NCBI RefSeq assembly: GCF_009914755.1
Contig: NC_060947.1
DNA length: 64,000 bases
DNA from: the human T2T-CHM13v2.0 reference genome, Homo sapiens
Strand: one strand, 5' to 3'
The notes under the pieces are model-generated. The model saw only the letters and a list, made by a program, of their open reading frames with translations, was not told the DNA's origin and did not search any database. Made by a program: the position numbers and the translations under genes. Each line of letters opens with the position of its first letter. The first letter of the stretch is position 1. Positions 41,571 to 54,355 of this stretch are shown in pieces.

Positions 41571-41852
41571 TTATTATACTTCAAGTTCTGGGGTACATGT
41601 GCAGAACGTGCAGGTTACATAGGTATACATGTGCCATGGTAGTTTGCTGCACCCATCAACCTGTCATCTACATTAGGTATTTCTCCTAATGCTATCCCTC
41701 CCCTAGCCCCCTACCCCCTGACAGGCCTCAGCGTGTGATGTGGAAAGGATACAAACAAATGGAAAAACATCCCATGCTCCAGGATAGGAAGAATCAATAT
41801 TGTGAAAATGGCCATGCTGCCTAAAGTTATTTATAGACTCAATGCTATCCTC
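41571..41852 (-). mobile_element. Short L1PA7-like insertion with 5' inversion
   Basis: Minus-strand 3'UTR (41571-41741) fused to a plus-strand ORF2 piece (41742-41852). TSD atcttttttta. Confidence 0.85.
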
Positions 41853-42439
41853 ATCTTTTTTTAATTTTTGTAGGTACATATTAGGTGTATATATTTGTGC
41901 AGTAGAATTTTTGTGAACAAAGACGCTCATTCTCTGTAGACGCATACCTAGGAATTGAAGGAATATAGTTTTAGTAGATTCTACCAGTTTTACAAAGTGG
42001 TTGTACCACGTATACCCTTGTCAGCAATGTATGACACGAGTTCCAATTGCTCTACATATTCTTACTAACACTGGTATCACCTGCATTTACAATTTTAGCC
42101 ATTTTTGTAGGTGTATAGTAAGAGTCTGCAAGAGTTTAGTTTTATCTTTCTTGTTGATTAATAATGCAAAGAACTCTTAAATGTCATGTTTTTTAAGTTC
42201 ACTGAAGAAATATACACATACTTTTTAAAAATTGAATTGTGCACGTGAATTTATAATCTCATATTTTAAATTTAAGAACACTAAATTTATCTGCACAAAT
42301 GTAAAATGAATTCATTCTTTGTATAAGAAGTAAAAATATTACAGTCACTGTAAAACAAAGCCAAAAATAATCCCAGGTCCTTATGTCAGTTATGGATACG
42401 ATAATATTATTTCCCCAAATCCAGGTAGCAAATTTTTCC

Positions 42440-44850
42440 TAATACCTTTTATAAAAGTAGAGGTCACGGGGAAATTTGATGGCCCAAAAGAGTGGAGAGA
42501 CAGCAAGGCATATATACAGAGAATCACAACTTTACCAGAACAAAAAAAATAAAAGCAGAAACCAGTACAAGGGTAAAAAAAATAACTTAAGTTGTAATTG
42601 ATAAATTGACAAGTTTGAGAGTTAAAAACCCCAGTCTTAGGGGCTCCTAACACTTCTGTGAGTTTTACCTCTGGGAGTCCTACCAGATTCTTGCAGTAGA
42701 TTGGAGAAAAAAATCCTGTCATATTTCCAGCAGGGAGAGAAAAAAGTAGCTATTTTGAAATATGCCCAGAGCACTCCGTTTTTCTTAATAAGTCCTGCTC
42801 TCAAAAGAAACTATTTCACCAAAGCATAATTGACTAAAGTTTTACCAGAATCTAACTGACCTGAAAGAAAGACATGCCCAAAGACAGCCTCCTCTAGGCT
42901 TCCTATCTTAAGTAAGGGAAGGGAGAAACAGAGAAACACCTGTGTAGGTCAGAGGTTGGGAATAACAGCTCGTTTAGAGACTAAGACCTAAGCGTAGAAC
43001 TGTAAAATGTTTCCCCACTCTCTACATCTTACCACCAAAGCAAAAGGGTTTACGCGTAATAATGTGGGAATACAACGCAAAGAACTGCATGGGTCAGGCC
43101 TTATTCAAGAAGCATCTAGAGAATTTCAAAGACAAGGAAAAAAAAAAAAAAGGAAGGATACCAAAGGAAATTTTAGCCTTTGACACTTAGAGTAAACAGT
43201 AAACACAACCTAAACCCCAGCCATATGAACATAAAACCTCTCACTGGAAGCTTATTTACACTCAGTTCCTTTTACTCAGAATATCGTCTTTGGCTTTAAG
43301 TAAAAAATTGCAGGGTATATCTGCAAATTTTTGCAGGTCAAATAGTCAAAATACACAGTTTGAGAAGACAGAGCTAGCATCAGAACCAAACTTAAATATG
43401 GCAGAGATATTAAAAGTATCATAACATAAATTTAAAACAACTATAAATTATATTATAGGGGTTCTCTTAGAACAAGTGAACAATGTGGAGAAACAGTTGG
43501 GTAATGTAAGCAGAGATGGAAACTGTAAGAAAGAATCAAAAGGACACGCTAGAAATAAAAATGAAGAATATTTTTGATGTGTTTATCAATAGATTAGGCA
43601 TAATTGAGCTTGAGGAAATGTCAATAAAACTGAAATAATAGAGAATAAAATAGTGGACAATAATATTCAAGAACTGTTAGACAATTACAAAAGGTGTAAC
43701 ATATGCATAATGGAAATACCAGAAGGATAAAAAGAAAAAAAGAAATAGAAGAAACATCTGAAGCACTAATGACTGAGAATTTCCCAAAATTAATGTCGGA
43801 CACCAAATCACAGATCCAGGAAGCTCGGAGAACCCCAAGCAGAATAAATATCAACAAACTTTATAGCATATTATTACTACAGAAAATCAGAGAGAAAGAT
43901 AAAATTTTGAAAGAAACCAGAGGGATAAGACTTACCTATAGAGAAGCAGGGATAAGAATGACACTGGACTTCTTTTCAGAAATCACATAAATAATAAGAT
44001 GAGAGAATATCTAAAGTGTTGAAGGAAAAATTCCATCAGCCTAAAATTCTATATATGGAGAAATTATCCTTATCAGGGATAAAGAGGGGAATTACGTAAT
44101 GATATAGGTGTCAATTCTCCAAGAAGACATTACATCATTATAGGAAGGTTTGGATCTAACAACAGAGCATCAACACACACAAGATAAAAATTGATAGTAC
44201 TGCAAAAGGAAATAGACAAATCTGCTATTATAGTTGGAGACATCAACACACTTTTCTCAGTAACTGACAGATTCAGGAAGATGAAAATCAGTAAGAACAT
44301 ATTTGAACTGAACAGCACCTTCTATGAACTGGATCTATTTGACACTTATAGACTACTTTATCCAATAACAGCAGAATACACATTCTTCTTTAACTCACGT
44401 GAAACAGTTGCCAAGATAAATCCATATTCTGAATCATAAAACATGTTAACAAATTTAAAAACACAGAAATCATACAGACTAGGCTCTTAGATCACAATGG
44501 AATTAAACCAGAAATCAATAACATTAAGACAGCTAGAAAATCCCTAGATACTTTTGAGATTAAACAACATACTTCCAAGGAATACATGGGTCAAAAAAGT
44601 ATTCTCAAGATAAAATTTAAAATACAATATTTTAAACTAAATATAAATGAAGTTAGAACTTGTCAAAATTTGTGGGATGCAGTAAAATCAGTGCTTAAAG
44701 TGAAATATTTAGCATTGATTAGAAAAAAAAATATTAGAAAAAAAGAAAGATCTAAAATCAGGAATTGAAACTTCTACCTTAGGACACTAAACAAAAAAGA
44801 AGAGAAAATTAAATCTAAAGTAGACAGATGAAAATAAATAATAAAATGTG
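42440..44850 (+). mobile_element. Old L1M (L1MC/MD-like) 5' region, ORF1 and ORF2 endonuclease remnants
   Basis: ORF 43703-43990 (ENFPKLM..QIQEARRTPSRIN) is ORF1p-like. ORF 44191-44439 (IIVGDINT..DLFDTYRLLYP) is endonuclease. Confidence 0.8.
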
Positions 44851-45359
44851 AATATTCTCACCCAAGACCATGTTATAACTTTGAATTTATGCAGGTCTCT
44901 ATTGATATTAATTAGAAAAAAAATTATAGCTTTTACTCTAATTATTTGACACACTTCTGCTTAGATTTATTCTTAGGTATTTAACATTTTTGAAATAGCA
45001 CTGCAGTGTGTTTCTTTGTAGACTTAGTATTTGTTGTTTTTAAGTATGCCCTACTAGATACAAAGTGTATGCTTCACAGCATTCAAGTGTTTCTTTAGTT
45101 CTGAAAAATTTTAGTTATCTCATTTTTTCTCAAACATTATCTTACTCCCTTCCCTCTATTCCCTCTACTTTCTCCCTCTGGAACTCTGATTTGAAAGAGG
45201 TTGGAATGCATAGATTTATTTTCCGTTTCCCTTAATATGTCATTGATATGACATCTCTTTATCCTTTTCTACTTTCTTCTGGAAAAATTTCCCGGTTCAG
45301 CCCTCCACCTCACTAATGCGCGGTTCTGCTTTTGTTTCTTGCTCTCTATATTTTTTACT

Positions 45360-45930
45360 ATTCATTTTTTCAATCAATATTTAACAACTGTGTATTGAAT
45401 GCCTATTATATATGCCTATTAGTGAGTGCTGTGAAGAAAAAAAAAAGCATAAAGAATGGAGAGTGAAGGAGGACTTTAGAAAAAGTGGTCAGAAAGGCCT
45501 CTCTGAGGAAGCGACATTTGAGCGAATACTTGAATCATGTAATGACATGGACCATCCAGTTACCAGAGAAAAGATTAGATGTAAATCTCAGAGGAGAAAT
45601 GTACTTCAAAGAGGAAGTCAGTATAGCCAGAGCCTGCTGAGGAGAAAAATAATAAAAAATGATAGGGTTAAAGTGGTGGGCTTGGGCAGATTATACAAAG
45701 CACTGAAAGCCATGGGGAGCCCTTTTGATTTTATTCATGTATGACAGTCAGTGGAGTACTTTGAACAGTTCTTTGAACAGGGGAGAGGCATACTCTAATG
45801 TATATTATAAAAGGAAATTGCATGCTGCCTGATAAGAATAGGTTTTGGGAGGACAAGGATGGAAGCAAGAAGAAAAATTAGAAGAATACTACAGTAACTT
45901 AAGCAAAAGATGATGTTGGCTTGATCTTTG
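45360..45930 (-). mobile_element. L2 fragment
   Basis: gtggtcagaaaggcctctctgaggaagcgacatttgagc is a typical L2 segment. Confidence 0.7.
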
Positions 45931-46364
45931 GGTTTCTAATTTCAATAATTTTTCCCATGAGCTCTAATTGCTGCTGCCATTTGGCTTAAAAGGGGAAGCA
46001 GGTATCTACAGCACAGGGACTACATTGTCCGGGTAAGTATGCAGAGATAGCCATATAACTACCCTGTCAGTTTTCCTTAAGTCTCTACCTGCTTCTGACT
46101 TCTTCTATCTCCAGATGTAAACCACCTCTTGTGCTGATTCTCCCTTTCTGATGGGATAATGTTCTCACATTTAATCTTGACTGCAGCTTCCTTCTGAGAC
46201 TATCTTCCACCTGAGGCTTACTGTCTGCCTTCCAGTTTCTACCATACCTCAGAAATTCTCTCTCTCTCACTCTCTCCATATGTATGTGTGTGTGTATATG
46301 TATATGTGTATTTATTTATTTGATATATTTCTAATAATACCTATGATTTTATTGGTTTGGTGCC

Positions 46365-47094
46365 TGTTTTAGTCCATTTGTGCTGCCATAAAGAAATATC
46401 TGAGGCTGGGTGATTTATAAAGAAAAGAGGTTTTGGCTGGGGGCGGTGGCTCACACCTGTAATCACAGCACTTTGGGAGGCCGAGGAGGGCGGATCACAA
46501 GGTCAGGAGATCGAGACCATCCTGGCTAACACGGTGAAACCCCGTCTCTACTAAAAATACAAAAAAATTAGCCGGGCGTGGTGGAGGCGCCTGTAGTCCC
46601 AGCTACTCAGGAGGCTGAGGCAGGAGAGTGCAGTAAACCTGGGAGGCAGAGCTTGCGGTGAGCAGAGATCACGCCACTGCACTCCAGCCTGGGTGACAGA
46701 GCGAGACTCCGTCTCAAAAAGAAAAAAAAAAGAAAAAAAGAAAAAGAAAAGAGGTTTTATTGTCTAATAGTTCTACAGGATGTATGGCACCAGCATTTGC
46801 GGCTCATGAGGGCATTAGGAAGCTTCCAATTATGGGGGAAGGGGAAGTGGGGAGGAGGCACACCACGTGGTGAGAGGAAAAGCAAGAGAGAGAGAGAGAG
46901 AGGAAAAATCCCAGACTTTTAAACAACCATATCTCAAGTGTAGTAACTGAGTGAGAACTTTTCATCAAGTAGATAAGCCGTTCCTGAGGGATTTGCCCCC
47001 ATGATATGATCACCTCCCACCGGGCCCCACCTCCAACACTGGGAATCAGATTTCAACAAGAGATTTGGAGAGGACAAACATCCAAACCTTATCA
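46365..47094 (-). mobile_element. MSTA/MSTB solo LTR interrupted by AluY
   Basis: tgttttagtccatttg...aaaccttatca, with 5-bp TSD gtgcc at 46360-46364 and 47095-47099. Confidence 0.9.
46435..46742 (+). mobile_element. AluY
   Basis: AluY positions (gagatcgagaccatcctggctaacacggtg, gagcttgc). 16-bp TSD aaagaaaagaggtttt at 46419-46434 and 46743-46758. Confidence 0.95.
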
Positions 47095-48689
47095 GTGCCA
47101 AAATGAAAAATATTTGTCTTTGTACTTAGACAAATGTTTAAAGCTAAAAGGTAGATTTTTAGACAATCTAAAAATGGTTCCTTGGGCAAAACATACCATA
47201 TATGAAATTCCAGAGTTCTTACAGATTAGACTGTATATACACTTTTGGTGATCACTCTCAGCTTCTTTTTATTTTTGGCACTTGATATTTCAGAAGAAAT
47301 TTAGTAATCTGATGGTTGATGTTGATTAGTAAACCCTGAGGCATTATCACCATACTGTAGCCATTCAATAGAAAGTTTACTCAAAAGTTCCTGTTGTCAG
47401 ATAATGACAAGATCTACCATTCCCTGTATCTTTGCCTGGTGAGTTTTATGGGTAAGAGTACAAAACAAATGAGATTCATATCCACTAAGTACGGTTAGGT
47501 TTCTATGTTAAAGAGCCCCAGCCCAAAGCATTAGTTCTGAGCAGCCATCTCCAGGAAGGATGCTTTGGATTTCTAGAAGCCAGCTACTTTCTGGCCTGTC
47601 TTATTATGTATCTCCTCCAAAGTAGGGGCACTGCAGAACACAAAATTTAATGATGGAATAGGCTTCTGTCTTCTTTTAGCTTAAGGCTGCACAGAAGGCA
47701 GTATTAGAGCAGACCATTGTCTGTCCTCTATCATAATAATCTTAATACTATTATTCATATAAGAAATGCTCACCTGCAGATCCCTCAGGCATCCTTCTTG
47801 GGTGATGAACCCAAAGGGAAGATCCCTACAGATGTGCTGGGACACATCAGAGTTGTGCATAATAAATGAAGAAAGACATTGCAGTTCACGTCTCAGAGAA
47901 TAGAGGCAATAATGTGAAATTCTCAGTAATGAGGTCGAGGACTTTTCTTTGAGAAAAATGGAGACAGAATAACAGTGAAAACTGCCGTCAGTGGCTTCTG
48001 AACACTGAAAGTATAAGATCGTAGAAAAGAATAGAGAAATTATATCTGCCTAGAGCCAAAAAGCATCAGAAAATAAGTAAAAAATTGTATTTTAGTAAAT
48101 AAGTGTGCAATCTCCATCAACAGTTCTCAAATGTTTTAGGTAGAAAGTTATCTTCATTGGGCCAGAATAAAAGAGCATTCATGCAACTACCAATCCTCCC
48201 TTGCTATTAAAAGCTACTTGTCCTAATGAATAGAGAGAATAACGCTGCTTTTGCTAGCAACCCATCAAAAAAGATGATACGTCTATTGCTATTTGATGCC
48301 TAAAATCCACCATTATGGTGTTACACCACTGTTAACAGAAATCCATCTGCAGACCCCTCACACTACTTACAAAAAATTACTTGCCTACACAAAACCAATC
48401 CTCCAAGAGTGGGGAACACCTAGTTGACAGCTGGAAAATACAGGGAATAAATATTGAGTGGACACACCTAAGCATAATTCTTAGGACTGATTGTAATCAT
48501 ATAACAATACAATTAGGATAATCATGATAATTCTCTTCTTTTAATATAATCTCAAAACAATAGTGAAACAGAGATATTGTCACAATCAAGAAAACACATT
48601 CAAACTAAACACTTTTCTCCTGTGAATCCAATAAGAATGACTCATCTCTATATAAATCCAAGTCTAACAATCACAAGATGCCCCCTCTC

Positions 48690-48995
48690 TTAAAAGATTC
48701 AGGCTTCTATGATAAAACACCTTAGACTGGGTAATATATAAACAACAGAAATTTATTGCTCACAGCTCTGGAGGCTGGGAAGTCCAAGACAATGGTGGCA
48801 AGTAGATTCAGGGTCTAATTATCATAGGTGGTAACTTCTGTGTTCTCACATGGTGGAAGGGGCTGCAGGGCTCCCTCAAACCTCTTTTATAAGGTCACTA
48901 ATAATATCCTAAAAGCACCCACTTAATACCACCACATTGTGTATTACATTGAAACATATGAATTTTGGGAGAACACCAACATTCAGGCCATAGCA
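48690..48995 (-). mobile_element. MaLR LTR (MSTC/MSTD/MLT1A-like)
   Basis: cagaaatttattgctcacagctctggaggctgggaagtccaag...cattcaggccatagca, with possible TSD ctctc. Confidence 0.75.
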
Positions 48996-49724
48996 CTCTC
49001 TGAGAATTAACCTTTCCTTTTCCTTTTTTCTTGCTCCTCCCTTCCTGTTTCTTCTTTCCCTCCCTTCATCAAAGACAATTCAACAACCTTATCTATGACA
49101 TAATCCTAATGGGAAGACATTCCCAGTGACACTTGAATGACCCTGTTCCCTAGGATGTATCCTGACCCACATTACATAACACCATTCTTTCTTCACAACT
49201 GAATTGCTTCCTCAGAATTTTAGGAAATAACTAGAAAATAGATAAGCAAAGAGGAAGTTTTATTGGAATCTTCCCCATCATTTGAATCTCACAAGGATTA
49301 AGGAACAGGAGATAGAAGCTTTTGTTGTAAGACTAGTATAAGACTTATAGCCCCTTATAACAACTATTTGTTGATTTAGTAGAAATTGCATTTCACTAGC
49401 AGGGTCATTCATCAGTGAGGCACTAGCAGCAACGTGCACAGGAAAATCAATTTTCCAGAACACGCAGAGCTTACCAGAAGTCTTATGCTTTGAAGGCAGG
49501 AGATTCACTTTGGTCATTGACAAGTCAAAATGAAGAATAAAAATGAGCATTTTAAACCAAGGCTCACATCATCATTGCACTGTGTCAAGTTTTATCAGTT
49601 GAAGAAGTTTAACAAAAATTTTATGGATTTAGTAACCTTTCTATAACAGAAATAAAGTATTTGGGTTTCGGAAAATATGAAACACTCAGTATTTAAAATG
49701 ATCTATATGGATATGAGTCGTTGT

Positions 49725-49757
49725 CATCATCATCACCATCATCGCCATCATCATCAT
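49725..49757. repeat. Imperfect (CAT)n microsatellite
   Basis: tcatcatcatcaccatcatcgccatcatcatcat. Confidence 0.85.
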
Positions 49758-50439
49758 TATTTGGCATTTTCATTAATTATTGATTGTAAAAGTGACAATA
49801 TTTTATTACCCTCAAAACCATAATACAGAATCATACCATTTAATTACTCATTCATTAGCATTTTCATACCTATTCTCTACCCAACAATTTTTCTTCCACA
49901 TTTAGAGTTTAGGGTAGGTAATATTGCAGTTAAATTTTTTATTGAGAATAGAGCGCTCGCTACTACCCACTCTTCAATCTATCCCTGACTTTTGAAGAAA
50001 TGTCATCTGAGAAAATAGCAGGTGAAATAAATCTTGAGCAGGGCTCTACATCCCTGAAATGAGTGGGACAGAGCAGTGGCTATCTTGAAAGGCTTTGGGA
50101 TGGGGAAAATTATCCATATAGCCCCTGGTCAGAATGGACAGACTATGGATATTGGGTTATTTGGAATGGCACCTGGGTGAAGAAGGTTAGGTGTGTGTTT
50201 GACAATACTTAGAAATGACAATATTCAGAAATTATAAATGACAATACTTAGAAATCACTTACTTCTCAGTTTTACTGAGGGCTGACACTATAATATCTCA
50301 CCACCATATTGACAATACCCTAGAAGTTGAAAGCCTGGAAGTCATTTAGCTTGAAAAGGTATAATTAGGCTATCAATACTTTTTCAATGACAAGCAATAT
50401 CCTGCTTAGTAAATCACACTCATACAATATAATTTTGAC

Positions 50440-50560
50440 TTTTAGTTTTACAGATGATAAAACTGAGGCTCAGAGAAAAAGGAATTCACCCCAGAATGCC
50501 AGGCAGAAAGTTGAGAGCTAGGTTTGGAAGCGAGGTCCTAGGAATCCCAGGCATGAGCAT
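50440..50560 (-). mobile_element. MIR fragment
   Basis: MIR core ttttacagatgataaaactgaggctcagaga. Confidence 0.7.
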
Positions 50561-50634
50561 CTTTCAACATCGTTAATTGCTTCTGCAACTAGCAGAATAT
50601 GAGATCAAGTATCAAAAGTCAAATACCATTCTTT

Positions 50635-50948
<314 letters not shown>

Positions 50949-52394
50949 TTAAAATGTGTTTTCTTAAGAGTCCCAGGCTGTCCTGACCCAGGAAAGAATA
51001 TATCTTGCATTTTCTGATTACATGCTATTCATCTCTGAAATCATGAGCCTCCATTACTCAGGAAACAGCTGCCTTCTAAAGCTGAATTTAATACTACTGA
51101 CAACACTATTTCTTGAGAAACTGCTTTGGTTTCTTATTAATGGTCTTAATGGAATTAAAGACTTCAGGGCATAGCTCTTTGTCTCTGAGATATTCACTTT
51201 AACCCTTTCAGTTAGTAGCTGTTATTGTTGTTATTCCATTTTTACAAATAAAAACCTACAGTCCTAAAAGGCGATATGTTTCTTGAGGGCACACAGTCAA
51301 TAAACTGTGGAATAGGGGCTAAACTTTAAATTCTACTTCTATAGGGCTTTGCAGTCTTTAGTCTTGACTTTGAATAACTCTCAGAGATATATGGGATGGA
51401 GACTAAGATTATTAGCTCCTCTGAAAATAAAATGAGTGAAAACCTCCATGAGTTATGTATGTGCTTCAGAATGCATGTGTGGTAGGCAGTAATAGAACCT
51501 GAGCCATTACCTCAAAGAACTAGGGTGGGAAAGAAACTGACAACAAAAGAGTCTATGCTTAGGCACAAAAATACTCCCTGAAATAGAAAATGTTAACTAT
51601 CCAGGGGAAACAGAAGAAAATGAAGGTGGATGACTATTTTCTACAAATCCTTTTGAAAACCATCCACTGGGGAAGTAGCCATTCATTTTATGGAATTATG
51701 AGATATTTACATTTTATTGTTTATTCAAAACCAGGTACTGGAATGCAATAAGCAATGTGTGCTCATTTATGAAAAGGAGTGTTCAGTGAACAATCGGGTT
51801 TTAAACTTAATTCTTCCTATATAAGTGTATTTTGTGATAGGGCACATTTGTTCAATGGAAGAAATTGAGATTTTGTTCAACTTCAAATAGGTAGTGTAGC
51901 AAATATTTTTTATTCAGCATGTTTTGGAATAGATGGAATGCTTGAAAATAAAACGTCTTTTAAATAAAGTGCTAGTTTTTGTTTACAGTGGTTTTCATTG
52001 TATGAAAACTAAGGTTCTTGAGGACTATAAGAAATAGAGTTTCTGAAAGTGCATCCATCAAGCAACTTTAAGAAGAAAATTATTTACCTGTGAAAACAGA
52101 ATGTATTTTACTGCTGTGAGGATACAAAATAGCTGCTTGTAGGGTCCTGAATAATTGGCTATTTTCCTGGTGTGCTAGAAGATACTTGTGTCCATGCCTA
52201 GAATCCAATGCATAATCCCAGTTTCTACAACACAGGGAAAATTCTCTTTAATCTCAGCTCATTTTATTCTCTTTAACACATGAAGCCATCTTCATAAAAC
52301 TTTTTCACCATTTTACCATCAGAATCAAGGATCTTCAGTGGATCTCAACAACTGGCACTAATGATTTTCCAGGAAGATTCCTCATGTATTGCAA

Positions 52395-52557
52395 ATAATA
52401 GGACTTGGAGTCAGACAAAGTTGGATTCTAAACCATGCTCCGCTAATGTGAAATGTTTGCAAGTCATTCAAACTTTCCGAACGTTAAATTCTGCTTCTCT
52501 AAAGAAATGAGAATATGAATATGTACCTCAATGGTTATTTCTAATATTAAAGATGAT
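52395..52557 (+). mobile_element. MIR fragment
   Basis: ggacttggagtcagacaaagttggattc...caagtcattcaaactttccgaac. Confidence 0.55.
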
Positions 52558-53057
52558 GTTGTTTTAGACTGTTTTCAAAGTGCCCCAACAATTCCTTCCA
52601 TTCTTGTCTGCGTGACACTTTTCAACATGACTTTGTACCTCCTTCCATTAAAAAGTGGAGTGTATTTCTCTACTTTTTAATCTGAAATTAGCCATTTGAT
52701 AAACTTTGGCCAGTTGAACGCTAGCAAGCAATGTAAACGGAGGTTTTGAAAGTGCTTGCACATTGAGTCTGGTCCTCTTTTGGACCCTAGCCACCAAGTA
52801 AAAGAAGTGTAGGGTAGTCTTCTGGGTGATGAGAAATACATGACACATTCACCCCCATTGCTATAGTTGATAACAAGCCAATTCCCAGAAGCTACGTGCA
52901 GATGTATAAATGAATTCAGCCAAGATAAACAGGAGAACTATCCAGGTGAGCAGAGCCTAAATTCCCAAACTGCAAAATCTTGAAGTAAATAAATGCTTTT
53001 TGTTTAATCTGCCAAGTTTTGAAGCGGATTGTTATACAGTAAAAGTTAAGTGATACA
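52558..53057 (+). mobile_element. MLT1 (G/H-like) solo LTR
   Basis: aaagtggagtgtatttctc...aagtgcttgcacattg...ttgttatacagtaaaagttaagtgataca. Confidence 0.7.
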
Positions 53058-54337
53058 AATGAATGCAGAGTCTCTTATCATCCATGGGATCTAGTAGAAC
53101 TTTAAAAATAATATTTTTTCATCGTCCCTAACATGACTTGACCTGAAGTTTCAAAATTTTTGTTACTCAGCAACATGAACTTTTCTAAAGCTTTGGCATA
53201 TCTGTTGTGCTTCTTTCTCTCTTTGCCTATGAACATCTACCTCTCCAAAATCCATGCTGAGATAGGAAATACTTAAGCATTGATTTCAAACAATTGAAAT
53301 AAATAGTTTTAAGCATCGATTGCAAACTGCAACACCTCAACAAGGCTTTCTGTTTAGAAATGGGCATTCTGGTGTGTTGCAAAACATTTGGTGTTGTAAT
53401 ATGGCTTTAAATGACATCATGCTTGAAATAGTTTTATGCACACTGTACCCACTCTGCACTTGGGTCCCTGCTGTATATACAATATCTTGATTGATAACAA
53501 GAGATATGTGACTCTCTCTCAATCAGTGCTAATGCAAATATTTCACTTCATTGAGTTACCAATACTTAAAAATAAATGATACCAAATTAACCATGAAAAA
53601 TATATATATATATGTATCTTTTTAACGAATCATCCAGTGTTTCCTACTTTGAAGCTTTCATGAAGGTTTGAGAAGCTATTTTCACCAACTTCGAATAAAA
53701 GCCTATTAAAAAGAAGACTCTTTAATCATGAAAGCTTTGTTGGATACATTTTGTTTGTGGTGGATGTTTGCCTTTATATATGTTTTGTCCGTGGAGTTAA
53801 TAACTAATGTTTTCCACTTCTTAAGATATGATAAAGTCAATGAATCACCATGAGTGGAATTTATTGTCTGGAACTGACAGAGGCAGGAGACAGTGAAATG
53901 CCCAGGCAAAAAGAGAATGGTCCCTGGAGAACCTCTGGCTTGCCCAGGTTATTGTGCACAGGGGGTTTGCCTACACATGCCCATGGTGAAAAATTCCATC
54001 CTTTAACACATGCACAGCAAGGGAAATAAATCAATGTGGAGTGGCTCAGACTAAGGGCCCGCATGCTCACTGGAAGAACGGGGTGGAACCAACAAGAATT
54101 TGCACCTTATGCAGAGGAGAGGCCTGGCCTCTGCAACTCATGTGTGGTGGCCTACTATTCAGTTTTTGAGGTGGAAACCTGTTGTGAAGGACCCCTCTTT
54201 TTGTTGAGAGCTTTTCTTTCACTTAATAAATTCCATCCTCCTTAACTTTTAATACGTTTGCATGCCTAATTTTTCCTGGTTGTGAGACAGGAACCCGGAT
54301 TTAGCTAAACTAAGGAGCAAAAAATCATGCATCATTT

Positions 54338-54355
54338 TCGTGGCCCATATGGGGA
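54338..54355 (+). promoter_or_regulatory. Primer-binding site, tRNA-Ile type, degenerate
   Basis: tcgtggcccatatgggga matches TGGTGGCCCGTACGGGGA at 15/18. Two of the mismatches are CpG decay. Confidence 0.7.
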
